From contig NW_027271305.1 in the NCBI RefSeq assembly GCF_040938485.1, positions 434,001-498,000 of the forward strand: a stretch of DNA of 64,000 bases, in the 5' to 3' direction. Source of the DNA: Diadema antillarum (Eukaryota). The notes under the pieces were generated by a model, which saw only the letters and a list, made by a program, of their open reading frames with translations, was not told the DNA's origin and searched no databases. The position numbers were made by a program, and so were the translations under genes. Positions 25,925 through 38,492 of this stretch are shown one piece after another; within the stretch, counting starts at the first letter, position 1; the number at the start of each line of letters is the position of its first letter.

Positions 25925-27231
25925 TAGCTCACCTGAGCCAAAGGCTCAAGTTGAGCTATTGCGATCGCTCTTCGTCCGGCGTCCGTCGTGCGTCGTCCGT
26001 CGTGGGTAAACTTTTTACATTTTCATTTTCTTCTTGAGAACCCCTTGACCGATTTTCACCAAACTTGGCAGGTAGCATCCCTAGGGGAATAGGATCTCAA
26101 TTTGTTCAAGTGGGCACCATACCCCACCTGGGGGCCCCCAGAGGGGCCCAAACCCCCCAAAATTAAGGAATCTTAAAAAAATCTTCTTCTCTAGAAGTGA
26201 TAGAGTTAAGTTAATACTATGAATTAGTGCATTGATAACTTTATAGTTTCAAGTTTGTTCATGGCGGAATCAGGGGTGCCCCTTTGGGACCGTGGGGAGG
26301 GGTCCTAATGGGGCCCAAATGGGGCCCAAATTGTACATTTTCATCTTTTTCTTGAAAATGCCATTATGAATTTTCACCAAAGTTGGCAGGTAGCATCCCT
26401 AGGGGGAAAGAATCTCATTCCCAACAAATGGGCACCATGCCCCACCTGGGGGGCCCTAGGGGGCCTAGATTTGGACCGAAATTGTAAATTTTCATCTTTT
26501 TCTTGAAAAACCAATCACAAATTTTCACCAAACTTGGCAGGTAGCATCCCTAGGGGGATAGAATCTCAATTCCATTAAATGGGCACCATGCCCAACCTAG
26601 GGGGCCCCAGGGGTCCCCCCGTAAGGAATCTTTACAGATATTCTCTCGAACCAGAAGTGATTGAGATAAGTTAATACAATGAGTCAGTATATTGATAGCT
26701 GTTGTTTAAAGTTTGTTCATGGGAGAATTAGGGGTGCCCCCATCCCCTTGGGACCCAAGAAAGCGGGATGGGATGGGGGGGGGGGGTCCAATGCGGGCTT
26801 AAATTTTCATCTTCTTGCTGAAAACAACATAATGGATTTTCACCAAACTTGGCAAGTATAACGCATTCCCATGGGGATAAGATCTCAAAGTATTTGAATG
26901 GGCACCATGCTTTCCTTCGGGGCCCCAGGGGGTCCAAACCTCCTAAATTAATGAAAATTCAATATTTCTTTATCTGGTTCTAATCAAAAGTGATAGGGCT
27001 TTAAGTCTTTTTTTTTTACCCAAGCTGCATAATCCACCATTCTATAAAGTACAGTGTACTTGGCAGGTATATTTTTACCAGTGTGATGGAATATGTAAAT
27101 GGACACCATGCCCCCAGCTCTCAAAGCTACCCCCACCATAAGTTTCCAATGTTCTCAGGTAAGAGTCTGCAAGAATGCATGGAAAGTGAACTTCCGATAC
27201 TCAGGTGAGCGCGTGACCCCGGGTCTCTTGT
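25925..27231 (+). mobile_element. Helentron-associated non-autonomous element (HINE/DINE-1-like)
   Basis: Inserted in a poly-T run. 5' TAGCTCACCTGAGCCAAAGGCTCAAGTTGAGCTA stem-loop/subTIR, a (CGTC)-type microsatellite, and ~150-bp internal units starting attttcaccaaacttggcaggtagcatcccta (about 26052, 26370, 26521, 26838). 3' subTIR CTCAGGTGAGC plus GACCCCGGGTC palindrome, then CTTGTTTT. This matches the established HINE architecture. Confidence 0.8.
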
Positions 27232-27369
27232 TTTCTGTCTCTTCTTTTCGATATGTTTATGGCTCATATTGTTCGTGTTTTGTGATTTATATGTTTCCAT
27301 GAAGACAAATTCTATGTTAAAAAAAACACATTGGTGAGTAGAAAACAAGCTTCACACGCACACGCACAC

Positions 27370-27416
<47 letters not shown>

Positions 27417-27623
27417 AACACGAACAAACGAACAATACAAACAACACGAAATACAAATCCTGGATCTTGCGTATATTTTCATCATGAAACGGTCATCAGT
27501 GCACCAACAACGCCGAGTCGGACACGCGTCCTTCACCTTTGCTTTCAAATGTAAAAGTGATGTCAGTATGGTATTCTTCGATATAGCGTAGACCAAAGGA
27601 TCTACTGAAAAGAACCTTGGCAG

Positions 27624-27992
27624 TTAAAAGAAGGGTATAATTTTTGTTGAGATATTTCCCAACTCTTTCTTTTTGTGAGATAATGGTATATGATTTTCTG
27701 GGGAATTCAAAGTTTATCTAATGAAAATTGGTTTTGGAATGGCTTAGATATCAACATGTCATAATAAAAGGTTGGATCGACCTTTTATTACACTAAATTT
27801 GTTTTACTTTTTTCGGATAACTCGGCCCTTTCAAATCGATTTTCGTTAAATCAAACCTTGAAATTCATCTTAGAATGGCAAGCTCTTTACTATCATTTTT
27901 ATGAGTCGTATATCTACGTTAATATCTCGCAAAAGAGTTAAAATCCGAATCCCCAATCTCAACCAAAAAATATATCAGGCCTTTCTCTTTAA
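27624..27992. mobile_element. Degenerate copy of the 18476-18864 TTAA element
   Basis: Shares internal segments (gagataatg, gaaaattggttttggaatggct, tttgttttactt, ctcgcaaaagagttaaaa) and has TTAA at both ends. Confidence 0.65.
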
Positions 27993-29825
27993 CGGTAAGG
28001 GAGTCCCGGGTCACGAAAAGATTACACACCTCTTCCCCTCTTGACCCATTTTTCGCTCAATGTGAGTGCTGCACCAAAATCTTTCGACAAAACGGCAAAA
28101 CGCGATCGCTTGGTGTTTTTCTACCCGTCTGCTTGCGTGTGATGCAGTGCTTGTATTGATATACATTTTATTTTCAAGTGGACGGGAAGGAGCTGAGCAG
28201 GACCGTACTGTCGAACTTGAACTAGAAAACTTCAGAAGGAAAGATTAGGTGTACAGGCTCAACGCTATCAGAAGGAGCGTAAGTTGCGAATGCTACTCGA
28301 ACGTTTCGTGAAGCAGCGTGCCACAAAAAGTAAGTATGTATAGCTCATAATCAAACATTTATATAAAAATAAGAGGATAAATCAAACCAATATATTCACA
28401 GCTCCGATTGTAATGTAATCAGCGAAATAGATGTAAAAATAATATGTTTCTGCGTTCGCTTAGGAATATGCTTAATGCAGATAGTACCCTAACAAGTACA
28501 ACCAGAATCCGTATCTCCCTATACGATATCACTTTTGATTCACTTACCCATGGGAAATATTCCATGTGTGGCGCTGACTCTTCTCAGGTGTAATATGCGG
28601 CGAAGAAATATTACTTCTAGCAAGGCAAGGATCTTGATAGTCACGAAGTAATGTAGTGTACACTCGTGATTTACCAACATATTGTGGAAACGGGCATGGG
28701 TCACCTGTTGTCCACTTACAAGTTCTTTAAATTAGCAAACATGAAATACAATGCTTTAATGAGGTCATTCCACAAATTGCACTGGTAGAGTCGTTATTAT
28801 GATAGCTTGCCGTTCGCCTTTGATTATGATTATCATTGTTTATACGAAATAGAGTAGTACGGCAGGTATTTGACATTCCGTCTATGCCAAGTCAAATGTT
28901 CACAAAGTAGGCCCTATTAATTTTTAACGTTAGGGCTTATACCTCTTCCTGCACTGAACACAGCACAGAAGTCAAGAATCAAATGTCATTTTCAATGTCA
29001 TTGGTGTTAGTAATATCATGCAGAGATCTTGTAGATCAAATAAACACACATAGACAAGACACTTAAACAGTGATATGAAACGTCTCTGCGGAAATGTGTT
29101 TTACTCTTTATGCCATCTAACATAATATGTAGGCCTATATAACTTACATTGCAGGGAATCAGTCGCGACTGCATGTAAGGATCTTTATAATGTAAACAGT
29201 AAGGTATGTTTGCATACATCGCAATATTTGATACCGTTGGATGCCATGCAAGATTTCATCAGGTCAAAATACTACACTCGATGTGTAATAATATTGTAGA
29301 CTTCTGTCGAACTTTAGACTTCCTGAACGGACGGTCGCTCAGACGATTTGTAAGGTCTCTGAGTGTGTGAGCCGTGTATATACGTACATTATACAGAGCA
29401 GGCACTAATGGATCTTTCCGATTCCACATCACCGTTTGCTTGTTTTGCTATACAGCTCTCTGTGGTAAGTGCAGATCTTTTAGTTATACATGTATGGGAA
29501 TTCAAAATACATGAACGGCGTCATAGACACGTTCTTGGGTAATGGATATGAGGGGAAGCAAGGGCAAAGATATTTGTCGGTTGCACTTTTCTCATGGTTC
29601 ATTAACAGGGCTGCTGAAATTGGCAGCGCAGCAAAGGGAAAGTTATGCACATAATCATGCGATGCTACAAAAATTTAATGCCTTTTTGCAGTTCTGGGTT
29701 AATGACTTAAAACTCTTAATGGAGTCTCTGTCACCAATTGAATTTGACGTCCGATCAGTTTTAAAACAATCTTCATGAAACAACAACAACAACAACAAAT
29801 CTTGAAAGTGGAGGTAGCTTGTAAG

Positions 29826-30166
29826 GGTGTACGTCACGAGACCGACACCCACGAGTCAAACAGCTCACGGGTTATAGAGCTCACGAGTGTATATACAGCC
29901 AATGAGTTATACAGCTCACGAGTCACACAGCCCAATGAGTTCGACACTATTTAGCTATAAGGCCCATGAGACCGACACATTAAGCGGCGTGTTGTATCTG
30001 TCGAACTCGTGGGCTGTTTTTACCTAGTGTCGAACTCATGGGCTTTATTTGCCTAGTGTCGAACACATGGGCTGTGTGACTAGTGAACTGTATGACTCAA
30101 GGGCCTGTTTTTAATGTCGAACTCGTGGGCTGTATGACTCGTGGGTGTCGGTCTAGTGGGATGACC
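29826..30166. mobile_element. CACGAG/CTCGTG-rich MITE ending about 225 bp upstream of the SULT-B ATG
   Basis: About 35-bp imperfect TIR CACGAGACCGACACCCACGAGTCAAACAGCTCACG versus CGTGGGCTGTATGACTCGTGGGTGTCGGTCTAGTG. A second copy is at about 34563-34860 and an end fragment at about 22958-22980. Confidence 0.75.
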
Positions 30167-30389
30167 TGCAACAATAATAACACTGCAACAAAACTTAATG
30201 TCTTCTATGGCTAGCATTAATGTAACTCCCCTTGCCGCGGACCTTGCAATCATTTCGCTAACACAAGTATTTACACTACTGCTGTCATAGGTTATCAAAC
30301 TCTTGCACGATTGCTTGTTTGGGTTTTTTTTTCCGCTACTGCCTTTGTTATTGATTTTAAAGGATTCCGCCTCCATATCGTGATCGACC

Positions 30390-33300
30390 ATGGCTGTGGA
30401 TCTTTCCGTCTTCGATGACAGCGACTGGGTAGATCATAACGTCGGCGGCAGCGTCTACTATGAAGGGGTCAAGTTCAGCGCCCTGGTCATTCCGTCGAGC
30501 ATTGAGCGGTTAAAGACTTTTGACGTTCGAGAAGACGATATCTGGATTAACACCTATTCAAAATCTGGTGGGCTTCACTTCTCTGAAATATTACCTCTTC
30601 AACCGAATACCACACTGGTGACTGGAGGGCAGATAGATATTCTCCAGAGTTTATCCACTACCAAAATTTGACAAATTTGTTAAATTAATTGGCCAAATGA
30701 CGAACTCCTGAGTATGCTTGAATGTCAGAATCATACGATTAAACCCATGGAAGATACTTTTTCTTGTAAAAGAACAATCATTGGTTTATATAATACCTTC
30801 ATCTGGATACTAAAAGTGAATGACTCTGTTTAAAGGAATGGTACTTTTGGTTAAAATGGGGCTTCAGGTTTCCAACTTTTTTGTGAGATAATGAAACCTC
30901 TTATGAAATATAAAAGAGCACACGATTCTAAAAGGAATTCGAAGTTTATCCGATTAATTTCGATTTTGAAAATGGCTGAGATATAAAGAAAAGACATAAA
31001 AAATGTCCCAATAAAAGGTGCAACCCACCTTCTATTACAACCACTTTGTTTTACTTAATTTCTTAATGGAGTGAATCATGCAGACACAGTAATCACTTCA
31101 AGGTTTCGTTAATTTCAAATTTCACTGGCTTACGGAAATTGTGGAATATCAATGCTTCACTTGGCTTATCCGACAGGTTGCTGTAAGTATCAAGTACTGA
31201 GTAAATCAAGAAAGGTAATAGTGTCATGAGCTCACAAGTCCTCCTCTGATCTACACAAAAATCTTCAATAAATGTGATTTCTTGACAATTTATGTTTTTC
31301 CCCATATAAAAGCGACATTATTCGGCCGTGGCGCAACGGTAGATCATGTACCAAAAACATGAGCATCTGTAACATTTCCGTGTACAAACCAAAGGTAGAC
31401 AATGACGTCATCACCTCAACTGACGTGGTTTTACTACCAAATCACCAATAGGTAAAAACAAGTAAAAATTGAAAATGCTATGATTTTCTTGTTCAAATGA
31501 TAGTAATGGTGCACATTGCTTGAAAATCACAAGTCACTATAATCTCCAATTCCATAATCTAATTTCTGTTTGATGACAATTCCACTATTCTTTAGAGTAA
31601 TTCAACTCTAATGTCTAGTAAAGTCAACTTTAACATGGAGGGGTATTGTACTTTAAGAACTCTCTAAACAATGGCAATTTCCCTTCTGTACTTCTATTCA
31701 GGTACGCACTGGGCGTCCGAGATCGTACACCTCATCTTTAACGATGGCAACCCTGACACCATCGACCGCACGACAACACAGGGCAACATCGAGATGGTCT
31801 ACTTTCAGAAGGACTCCTATGATACGTCCAAAAAGCGCCACCTGCCGTTCTACAAGGTTATAGAAAAGGCGCCCTCACCGCGGATCATCCAGTCTCACCT
31901 TCCGGTGAGGTTCCTCCCTCCGGAGATAAAGAGCAAGAAGACAAAGGTATTATAGATATCTGCTCGTTTTCTTAAATATCGACTGAGCCATTAGTTGTGC
32001 AAATTCAAAAAGAAGATTATTACTTATGACCGTCCGTAGCCTCCTGCTGGCAGGTCCTGGCTGAAAGACGCAGCCTTCACAGCATAGGACACGAGCTGAC
32101 ATGTACNNNNNNNNNNNNNNNNNNNNNNNNNNNNNNNNNNNNNNNNNNNNNNNNNNNNNNNNNNNNNNNNNNNNNNNNNNNNNNNNNNNNNNNNNNNNNN
32201 NNNNNNNNNNNNNNNNNNNNNNNNNNNNNNNNNNGAGTTCTAAGGACATCACAGAAGAGTCATTGTCCACTAAAGTTGGTATATATCTCATTGGCTTGAT
32301 GACTAGGTCCTAGTGGTGACTCGACTTTGCTGGTCTTAGAGATGTCTCTGCGGCATCTTCCCGACGTCTCCTGGTGACCAGCCTGTGATCTTTGAGGGGT
32401 CTCGAGAGAATCAAAGGAATTCTATTTTTTTCTTTTTTTTCGGAGACTTTTTCGAGTCACCAGCTGGTCTCGGAGACGTCTCCGCAATGTCTTGTCAGTT
32501 GCGGACAATAAGTCACTGAGACTACCATGGAGAGACCAATTTGCTTATCTACCGAAGACGTCGCGGAGACGTCTCCGCTACTGAGAACACCAACATTTCC
32601 TCGACTTCCTTTGTCAACTTGTTGGGAGACTTCCCGCGGTCGTCGCTCTTATGTCGCTGTCTTGTTGATAGCGTAAGCTATTACTTGGTCTTGAGAGTTG
32701 CATGAGTCGCGGCAGTCGATTCCAGTGAGTCTCCTCCAGTGAGATAGGACCATGGAGGGATAGATGGAAAGTTGATGCGATATCACCACTGTAAACCAAA
32801 TTGAAAGCTGTTCAGATTTCCCTTTTCTTTCGCTTTCAAGGATACAGTTAAGAAATGATCAATGAATAGTAATCGTTTTCTGGCCTTTTGGCTGAGGTCG
32901 TTCTGCCTGGTAAAATTTTGCAAGATTATCGGCTCGGTTACAGTGTGGGAGGGCTGGCGACATTTATTTTGTTGGTACCGTTTTGTGTTGTCTCTGTATA
33001 CGTCGTAGAGAAAGTGCTGACATAATTTCTGTCTGTTTACCGCCAGGTGATCTATGTTGCCAGAAATCCCAAAGATGTGATCACCTCTCTTGATCGCTTC
33101 ATAGGCGGAACCGAGATGGGAAACTTCATCAAATGGAAGGAAGCACTCCAGGAATTCATGGATGGAAGTAAAGAAGAGTATTTTTGTTGTATTACTATCC
33201 CTCAGGATTGATATTGTACAATTCGATATCACTAGTAGTACTTCCCCCTCCCCCTACAGAAAAGAAAAGGAAATGATATGTGACGTCACACAACTACGAC

Positions 33301-34969
33301 AGGAGGCGATAATATTATAGGATGATTGTTTGGGATTTGGCTCCTTGTACGGTGTACTTACTTCAGAATGATTACTACTTTAAGACGGACGGAAATTATA
33401 GCAAAGATAGACAGAAAATCATGATGGTTTAGTAGCATGCTATCCCCTTGAGATAGATTGTCGATCTTTTAGGCCATTCATAAGCAAAATGCGATCAAGA
33501 CAATGACAAACTAATAACATTTCCTGATAACGCCACGATGAAGTCTTAACAAGTACTTGTTAATTTCTCATAATGCACCTCTTTTGACCATCTTGGTCTT
33601 CACTCTTATGACCTTTTTATTGATGTCTATTCCCCTCCAGCGCGAAATTATGGCTCTTGGTTCCACCACGTGAAGACGTCTTGGAATCTTCGGCATGAGG
33701 AAAATCAGCTGTTCATTAAATACGAGGACATGAAGCAGGTATATCAATAATGTCATTTCTTGATTCGCAATCATATTAGTTGCAACAAGGTTTCCTTTTA
33801 CGATCTCTTTGGATTATATACGCGCACAACCAAAATGCACGCAGTTACTCTTTATATACCTGAAAGCTGTGCTATATATGGCCGACGTTATAAATGATTA
33901 TTTCATGTAAAGACAAACACAAGTCGCAATATCTGAAAAAAAGTGAAAATGGAAAGGAGAGAAAGAAAACAATCTTAAAAACGTAAAAACAAATGAGTCA
34001 GATTTTGTAGTGTATAGCAGCATTTATAGCAGTACTATATGCAAATAAGATGATATACATTCATTCATTCATTTCCATCTTCAACAAAACATGTAAATAC
34101 GATTTTTTTTTTTACGGAATATAAGTGCACATTCTATTGACATTACAAAGTATAATAAAGGTGAAGAAAAACGAAAAAAAAATTGAATACAAAACAATGT
34201 CTGCACTCGAGTGGTGCAAATGTGCGTAATGTGCACATATACAATAGTAATTCGACTACCACTGTTACCAAGACTCCCTATTATGTACGGTCATTTGTAC
34301 GGTCATCTCACTTCGTATTGACCTCACATGTGTTGTGCAGGACTTGCGACAGTCTGTCGTCTCGATTGCAAATTTCCTCGGGCGCCCTCTGACCGACGAA
34401 GTGCTGGATAAAGTGGTGGAGCACAGCTCGTTCAGCGGGATGAAGAAATCTTACCAGAAAGTGGAGGAACAGAAGGACGGTCAGATGCTCACCAAGTCGC
34501 TCGGGAAGCAGCCTTACATGAGCAAAGGTTCGACGCCTAAGATAACACGCCCATGATAAATGGGGGCATCCCACAAGCTAGACACCCACGAGTTCTATTC
34601 ACTGCCCACGAGTTGAAGACCTTGTAAAAAGGCCCATGAGTCATATACTGGCCTATGAGTCTTACAGTCCACGAGTCACACAGCCCACGAGCTAGACAAT
34701 ATATGACTTTATTTGCCTAGTCTGGCTCGTGGACCGCATTGCTCGTGGCTATAGGCCTTGTTCTATTAGTGTCTGTAGATCGTTGGTTGTTTGTGCAACT
34801 GTAGGCTGTATGTGTCGTAGACGTATAGACAGTATGACCCGTTGGTGTCTAGCACGAGACACATACACACAAAACCTTTTTTTCGTGTCATCTTATTAGA
34901 TATAAATCCTATTCACAAAGAAATAACATGCACAAAACACTTTATTAGCATTCCACACATGCATATGTG

Positions 34970-35000
<31 letters not shown>

Positions 35001-35787
35001 ATACACACTATACACACACAGACACACCAGAGCAAACTTGACTCTAACGTAAAATTATCATGAAGCTATAGTTTGCCTTTGGAAAAAAAAATAGTGGTTA
35101 GGGTATAAAAAAAAAAATACAAATTGAATAAGTAGCAGATACATCTACTGTATATGAAATGATATCCAAGATAAGGAAAGAAACGTATTAGGATACATGT
35201 GTCTCTTTGAGGAACGTTACAATAATGTGGGGAATAAAAGTACGGACTATTTTTTTGTTATTGATTTGAACTTTTTCGCATCAGGTTCATTTCACTAAAA
35301 AAAGTGTACCGGTACTATTTTTTTCTCTCTCCATTTCCGCTTTCTACGAGTGAAATGAAAGCCAAAGATGACAAATTAAGTGTTATTACGATAGGCCCTG
35401 TAGTTTTGCCTGCTTGGAAATTGTCTGAAGCCACATTTTCCTCGTTTTAAACTTTGTTGAATTTGCAGTTTTATCATCATTAGCGATATACAACGGTGAT
35501 ATTAAAAAAAAAAGATTTATAGGGATGTAATGTGAAGACAAGGCAAAAAAAAAAAGGCACAGATGAATAGCCGAACTTCGCTTCAATGGAACTGTCCTAG
35601 TATGTTTGGTACCAGTACATGCATTACCATTCATTAACGTTATTGTAACATTATGATTTCATTTTATTTTCTGACAGGTATCATCGGAAATTGGAAGAGC
35701 CGATTTACGGTCAGAGAAAATGAGGAATTTGACAAAGTGTACGAAGAGCAAATGGCTGACACTGACTTGACGTTCGAATTTGAATAA
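30390..35787 (+). CDS. SULT: Cytosolic sulfotransferase, paralog B, 6 coding exons, 312 aa
   Basis: Exons 30390-30567, 31702-31946, 33047-33167, 33641-33738, 34341-34527, 35678-35787 (TAA at 35785-35787). Intron positions and phases are identical to paralog A, and exons 2, 3, 4 and 6 have identical lengths (245, 121, 98, 110). Motifs TYSKSGTHW, IIQSHLP, RNPKDVITS, YGSWFHHV, SKGIIGNWKSRFTV. Confidence 0.95.
30830..31070. mobile_element. 5' fragment of the 18476-type TTAA element in SULT-B intron 1
   Basis: TTAAAGGAATGGTACTTTTGGTT..ttcaggtttccaacttttttgtgagataatgaaac matches the start of 18476-18864. Confidence 0.6.
32320..32800. repeat. Unclassified repeat rich in GGAGACGTCTCC palindromes, SULT-B intron 2
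   Basis: Repeated gagacgtc/gtgact/agtcac motifs next to an N run. Termini not defined. Confidence 0.45.
34563..34860. mobile_element. Second copy of the CACGAG MITE, SULT-B intron 5
   Basis: GGCATCCCACAAGCTAGACACCCACGAG at the left and GGTGTCTAGC at the right, with internal cacgagtc/ctcgtgg motifs. Confidence 0.65.
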
Positions 35788-36939
35788 TCATCAGCGGTGA
35801 CTCGACATAAGACTAGTGACGACGTCGTTCAGACGGTGATCCGTGAACCTCGAGCATGTCGAGAATAGCTAACCTGGAGGACAAGTTCTATGGGACGCTA
35901 GGTGTCGAACTGGTCATTTCGTCGACGAAATGACTGATTTCGTTACGAAATCGATTTTGCGACACTTGGCTCCCCATATTAAGATCCTCAAGGTTAGCTA
36001 TCCTCGATGTTAACGTCTGAACGTTACAGTTGTCACTGCATAAGATGATGAAATGAAATGAAATGAAATAGACTGAAATATGACAAGGATGTATTGCATT
36101 GCTACCTACTCCCGTAATTAACCCAAGGCTTAATTTCCTTGTTACTTAAAATTGACAGTTATATATATACATCAACCTTTTGTCGCATGTTTGGGATTTT
36201 GATAATGATCTGTTGTTGTTTGTTTAAAGATATCTCACAGCGAAAGCCAGTAAATACTGCCAATGTTTATATGTCATAATGTGCTGCGAATGAATCAGAG
36301 ATTCTCAAATCGAAATGATAAGACATACTCTGCTGTTAGAACATATACAACTGAGTAACTGTTGAGGTCATCTATAGTTACATAACTATTAAAAAAAATC
36401 ACACTCATTTAATCTTTCCATTTGCTGCATTGAAGGAGAATATATTGAACGGAAATTGATTATAGCACACGAGATCACAGAATTTATCGTGTGTTCCAGG
36501 CACCTATATAGATACGTTTCAAATAATTGTTGCGAAGCAGAATAAAGCAAAATAGTTGTATGATTTTACAGGTGCCGTAATTTTCACGTATAAGACTAAT
36601 ATAGTTTTCCCCAGGATGATTACATGTACTTCATTATCATCAAGGAAGAAGTGATCGATGTATTATGCTATTAATGTTTGCGGAGCACAGGGCGATACTG
36701 GAATGAACGTCCAAAGTCCACTTTATTCAAGACTTGAAAAGACTCTCTCTATTTTTTTTTAAAAACATTAATGCTATTCTGTCTTCTGCTGGGTTCTCAT
36801 CATGTCATGAATTTAGCGATCTTCTGACATGTCTGAGAACGAACAGTACGTCACAAGGTTGGTCGATGTCTTATACAAAACATCTGACTGAAAAAGAAAA
36901 ATTTGCGGACATTACAGACTTCACCAGGGAGATGGAGTT

Positions 36940-37420
36940 ACAGTTCGCTATATTCCGAATGTTCGTTATTTCGAAGGTTCATTAATGCGAAGGATTGGCA
37001 CATTGAATGTTCTTTAATCCGAAGATGAAATAAGGTGCGTTATTCCGAAGGCTCTGTAATACAAAGGTGAAATAAAATTCGTTTTTCCAAAGGTCCATTA
37101 ATCCGAATATAAAAAGAGGTTCGTTAATCCTAATGTTCGTTACCCAAAACGAAGTAAGGTTTGTTAGAACGTACCATGATTGTCGAACCCTTGTCGACCC
37201 TTTGTAGGTCTTTTTTTTTCATCTTTGGATAAACGGAGCTTCGGAATAACGAACCTTATTTCATTTTTGGAGTTACGAGCCTTCGAAATAACGGACCCCT
37301 TTTCATCTTCCGATTATCGAACCTCTAGTTATACGATATTTGTGTGTTTCGGAATAACAGACCTTGGCAATAAGTAACCTTATTTTATTTTCGAATTAAC
37401 GAATCTTCGGAATCTTCGAC
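36940..37420. repeat. Second copy of the TTCCGAAG/CTTCGGAA palindromic repeat, about 1.2 kb downstream of SULT-B
   Basis: Same motif content and left/right polarity as 5795-6128. Confidence 0.7.
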
Positions 37421-38359
37421 ATCACCCCGCATCACCCGGCACCGGGGAGGGGGCATGGGAGAGAGACTCTCTCCTCCCTTCACACAGTTCTAACATATCT
37501 TTACGGTAGCAAATTGCGTATTTTCACTCAAGTCTCATCCACTGCCCTGTTGCATCTTGTCATGCACGTTTCACATTAATGGTTGTTATATTATTCTATG
37601 TTTAGTGACACTTTAGATCATCACACCAAATAGTATTGATGAAAGTATTAAACGCAAATATTTCAACCTTTTAAACACCTGAAAAAATAGAGTATTTTGT
37701 TGTGTTTCATTCTTTTTAAGTATGAAATCAAAGTTCTGATTACAAGATACTCTGTTCATGTAACTTGGTTTACCAAACATTTTTTCTATCTCCCTCTATA
37801 TATCTCTATAGCTATATTTCGAAAGGAGAATAAAATAATATCCCACAACATAAAGAATCCATAAAGATGAGTGAAGCACACGGTGAAAGTTGGGAATGGT
37901 AAAGAATTCGGGCAAATGCCAGTCGAGATGAAAAACTCTCACGTTTCGGGATGTTTCAGTAGAATAGAACATAGAAATACATTGTACATGCAATTTAAGA
38001 GGACGTTTACCACNNNNNNNNNNNNNNNNNNNNNNNNNNNNNNNNNNNNNNNNNNNNNNNNNNNNNNNNNNNNNNNNNNNNNNNNNNNNNNNNNNNNNNN
38101 NNNNNNNNNNNNNNNNNNNNNNNNNNNNNNNNNNNNNNNNNNNNNNNNNNNNNNNNNNNNNNNNCAGAGCTCGACAATAACTTTTTGTCTGATGGCTCGT
38201 TTGGGTCACTAAAGTTTTCAAATCTGAAATTTTGGTGGCCCGAAAAGATACATGTTGGCTGGTTTCCCCCAGAATGTAGAATGTTAGTTTCCCCATCGGG
38301 TCATCAATATGCATGCAGTCAAAACCACTCTATAGCGGTCACATGGCTTTTCTCTCGGA

Positions 38360-38409
<50 letters not shown>

Positions 38410-38443
38410 TGGCCGTATAGAGCAGATGGCCGGTAGGGTAAGC

Positions 38444-38492
<49 letters not shown>

